Source: Bacteroidia bacterium
GTDB taxonomy: Bacteria; Bacteroidota; Bacteroidia; AKYH767-A; OLB10
Direction: 5' to 3'
Assembly: GCA_036274495.1 (NCBI GenBank)
Contig: DASUFP010000076.1
Span: 8,367 to 72,366 of the forward strand
Length of the DNA stretch: 64,000 nt
Position numbers and translations under genes: made by a program. Positions 61,161 to 64,000 of the stretch are shown here, piece after piece; positions within the stretch are counted from its first letter, which is position 1; every line of letters starts with the position of its first letter. Under the pieces are notes generated by a model, which ran no database searches, had not been told where the DNA came from, and saw nothing but the letters and a program-made list of their open reading frames with translations.

Positions 61161-63986
61161 ATGGAAGCAGCTGAAGCGGATATCTTTACCGAGCAAATTG
61201 AGGTTTATGGCGCCCGGGTGCATAACCTGCGCAACATTGACCTGAGCTTTCCACGCGAGAAACTGGTGGTGATCACCGGGTTAAGCGGCAGCGGAAAATC
61301 ATCGCTGGCATTTGATACCATTTATGCCGAAGGTCAGCGGCGTTATATGGAGACCTTTTCGGCATACGCCCGCAGTTTCCTTGGAAATATGGAGCGCCCT
61401 GATGTAGACAAAATTACCGGCCTCAGCCCTGTCATCTCCATCGAGCAAAAAACCACCAACACCAATCCCCGGTCAACCGTCGGCACTATCACCGAGATAT
61501 ATGACTTCCTCCGACTCCTCTATGCCCGTGCCGGTGAGGCGTTTTCATATGTAACGGGTGAAAAAATGATCCGACTCTCCGACGAACAGATCATCCAGCT
61601 GATTCTTGAACACTATAAAGGAAAAAAAGCGATGATACTTGCTCCTGTGGTGAAAGGACGTAAAGGGCATTATCGTGAACTCTTTGAGAATATCCGTCAG
61701 CTGGGTTATATAAGGGTCCGAGTGGACGGTGATGTGCTGGAAATGAAACGCGGCATGCAGGCCGACCGGTATAAAACACATGATATTGAAATTGTAATTG
61801 ACCGCATCGCTGTACAGGACGATCAGCAGCTGAGGGTGAACGAATCGGTAAAGGCAGCTCTCAAGCAAGGTAAAGGATCGCTGATGGTGTTGGATGAGGA
61901 CACGGGAAAGGTCCGTCATTTTTCGCAGCACCTGATGTGTCCTACTTCAGGCATTTCTTACGATGAACCGGCCCCCAACAGTTTTTCATTTAACTCTCCT
62001 TACGGAGCATGTTCAAAGTGTAACGGCCTTGGTACCATTGCCGAAATTGACATTAACAGTGTTATACCCGATACCTCTAAAACCATCCGGCAGGGAGGCA
62101 TTATACCATTGGGCGACTACAAGGACAACTGGATTTTCTCACAGGTACAGGCTATAGGAAGAAGGTACGGATTTACATTAAACACGCAGATAGCTGAAAT
62201 TCCGGACGAAGCCATCAATGTGTTACTGTATGGCTCCGACGAGGTGTTCCAGGTGAGCCGCGAATACCGGCAGGGTGATAAACACAACTACTCACTTGCT
62301 TTTGAGGGCATCGTAAACTTTATTGCAGGTCAGCTTCACGACCAGGCATCGGCATCGATAAAAAAATGGGCGCAAAGTTTTATGCAGCAGGTAACCTGTC
62401 CTGTTTGTGATGGTGCGCGACTGAAAAAGGATTCACTCTTTTTTAAAATAGACAATAAAAATATTGCTGAGCTGGCCGGAATGGATATTCTGGAACTGGA
62501 AGAATTTTTTAAAGGACTTGAAAAACGACTGACCAAAAAACAACAGCTGATAGGTCAGGAGGTGCTGAAGGAGATACGCAAGCGGATTCAGTTTTTACTG
62601 GATGTAGGACTGGATTACCTGACGCTGGACCGCAGTTCCAAAACGCTATCGGGCGGCGAGTCGCAGCGCATCCGTTTGGCCACTCAGATTGGGTCGCAGC
62701 TGGTGGGAGTGTTGTATATTCTCGACGAACCCAGCATCGGCTTACATCAGCGCGATAATGTGCGGTTGATTAAATCACTGATGGAACTGCGTGATGCGGG
62801 CAACTCGGTTATTGTGGTAGAACACGACAAAGAAACCATCATGGCTGCCGATTATGTTATTGATCTGGGTCCTGCCGCAGGCATTCATGGCGGTAAGGTA
62901 GTAGCTCACGGGACTCCCGAGATGATATTGCAATCGGATTCGCTCACCTCCCGCTACCTGAATGGCACAATTGTGTATCCCCCGTCGAAATTGCGTCCCG
63001 GCAACGGCAAAAAACTTACCATCACCGGTGCATCGGGCAACAACCTGAAAGACGTAACTCTTACCATTCCGTTAGGAAAGCTGATATGTATATCGGGTGT
63101 GAGCGGAAGTGGTAAATCGTCACTCATCAACGAAACGCTGTACCCCATTCTAAGCGCGCATTTTTACAGGTCCTTAACGAAACCGCTGCCCTATAAAACG
63201 ATAAAAGGGCTGCAGCACATCGACAAGGTCATTGAAATAGATCAGTCGCCCATAGGCCGGACGCCCCGCAGTAACCCCGCAACGTATACCGGTGTGTTCA
63301 GTGACATACGAAACCTCTTTGCTCAGTTACCTGAATCAAAAATAAGAGGCTATCCTCCCGGATGGTTTTCCTTTAATGTGAAAGGCGGAAGATGCGAAAC
63401 CTGTCAGGGTGCCGGCATGCGGGTTATTGAAATGAACTTTTTACCCGACGTTTACGTGCATTGCGAATCGTGCGGCGGCAAACGTTACAACCGTGAAATT
63501 CTGGAAGTCCGTTACCGAGGTAAGTCGATTAACGATGTGCTGGATATGAGCATTGAAGAAGCCGTGACGTTTTTTGCCAATATGCCTTCCATCTGTCATA
63601 AAATAAAAACCATACAGGAGGTCGGACTGGGTTACATAACATTGGGACAGCAGTCAACTACCCTTTCGGGTGGAGAAGCGCAGCGTGTGAAACTGGCTAC
63701 GGAGTTATCTAAAAAAGATACCGGCAACACACTTTATATCCTGGATGAACCAACCACCGGTCTTCACTTTGAAGATGTGCGTATTTTGCTGGATGTTTTA
63801 TCACGGCTGGTGGATAAGGGAAATACCGTTATTGTAATTGAACACAATTTGGATGTGATAAGAAGCGCCGACCACGTGATTGACATCGGACCCGAAGGTG
63901 GGCACCGCGGAGGAATGATTGTTGCGGAAGGAACTCCCGAAACTATTGCCAAAAACAAGAAGAGCCTTACCGGTCAGTTTATCTAA
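61161..63986 (+). CDS. uvrA: Excinuclease ABC subunit A. Start chosen at MEAAEADIF...; the ORF track begins at 61098.
   Basis: Two ABC ATPase modules ([14 protein letters not shown] and [14 protein letters not shown]), zinc-finger CxxC pairs, [12 protein letters not shown], and the signatures [12 protein letters not shown] and [12 protein letters not shown]. Confidence 0.9.
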   Translation: MEAAEADIFTEQIEVYGARVHNLRNIDLSFPREKLVVITGLSGSGKSSLAFDTIYAEGQRRYMETFSAYARSFLGNMERPDVDKITGLSPVISIEQKTTNTNPRSTVGTITEIYDFLRLLYARAGEAFSYVTGEKMIRLSDEQIIQLILEHYKGKKAMILAPVVKGRKGHYRELFENIRQLGYIRVRVDGDVLEMKRGMQADRYKTHDIEIVIDRIAVQDDQQLRVNESVKAALKQGKGSLMVLDEDTGKVRHFSQHLMCPTSGISYDEPAPNSFSFNSPYGACSKCNGLGTIAEIDINSVIPDTSKTIRQGGIIPLGDYKDNWIFSQVQAIGRRYGFTLNTQIAEIPDEAINVLLYGSDEVFQVSREYRQGDKHNYSLAFEGIVNFIAGQLHDQASASIKKWAQSFMQQVTCPVCDGARLKKDSLFFKIDNKNIAELAGMDILELEEFFKGLEKRLTKKQQLIGQEVLKEIRKRIQFLLDVGLDYLTLDRSSKTLSGGESQRIRLATQIGSQLVGVLYILDEPSIGLHQRDNVRLIKSLMELRDAGNSVIVVEHDKETIMAADYVIDLGPAAGIHGGKVVAHGTPEMILQSDSLTSRYLNGTIVYPPSKLRPGNGKKLTITGASGNNLKDVTLTIPLGKLICISGVSGSGKSSLINETLYPILSAHFYRSLTKPLPYKTIKGLQHIDKVIEIDQSPIGRTPRSNPATYTGVFSDIRNLFAQLPESKIRGYPPGWFSFNVKGGRCETCQGAGMRVIEMNFLPDVYVHCESCGGKRYNREILEVRYRGKSINDVLDMSIEEAVTFFANMPSICHKIKTIQEVGLGYITLGQQSTTLSGGEAQRVKLATELSKKDTGNTLYILDEPTTGLHFEDVRILLDVLSRLVDKGNTVIVIEHNLDVIRSADHVIDIGPEGGHRGGMIVAEGTPETIAKNKKSLTGQFI

Positions 63987-64000
63987 AACAACAGATAACT

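Noticed and set aside
1-64000. CRISPR arrays, rRNA and tRNA genes
   Set aside because: I found no regularly spaced direct repeats with unique spacers, no rRNA-like conserved blocks, and no convincing tRNA cloverleaf in the intergenic regions, including those next to the integrase. A formal tRNAscan was not possible.

Overview
This window looks like Bacteroidota chromosome. The cues are several proteins ending in T9SS/Por C-terminal sorting domains, an 11-gene nuoABCDHIJKLMN operon without nuoEFG, and a TAnnTTTG-type -7 promoter element upstream of two operons. It falls into three blocks.

(1) 1-~19.5 kb is a strongly AT-rich segment, clearly lower in GC than the rest. It is bracketed by a large serine recombinase, which runs off the left edge and is absent from the ORF track (I translated it by hand from the minus strand), and a tyrosine integrase at 17.7-19.3 kb. 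Between them sits a dense set of defense-like genes:
- a DUF2130-like / hypothetical / DUF2779-like (RecB-like plus DEDD-exonuclease-like) operon;
- a four-gene operon with overlapping start/stop codons that resembles the SspB(DUF4007)-SspC(ATPase)-SspD(PAPS-reductase/DndC-like) DNA-phosphorothioation module, but is followed by a DUF262-only protein and a eukaryotic-type Ser/Thr kinase rather than a canonical SspE;
- a convergent 797-aa GHKL (Bergerat-fold) ATPase;
- a beta-class DPPY amino-DNA methyltransferase.
This island is the most likely home of an undescribed system.

(2) 19.7-34.2 kb carries T9SS cargo genes, including a 2255-aa beta-helix protein with a clan GH-A-like glycoside hydrolase domain.

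(3) 34.6-64 kb is housekeeping: an LpxH-like gene, a GT-B glycosyltransferase, GH1 beta-glucosidase, thioredoxin-like protein, purine nucleoside phosphorylase, lpxK, Nif3 plus zinc-ribbon partner, an O-methyltransferase, an FNR-like reductase, the nuo operon and uvrA.

I saw no rRNA, tRNA or CRISPR array. Domain names are recalled from motifs read by eye; I could not run any search.
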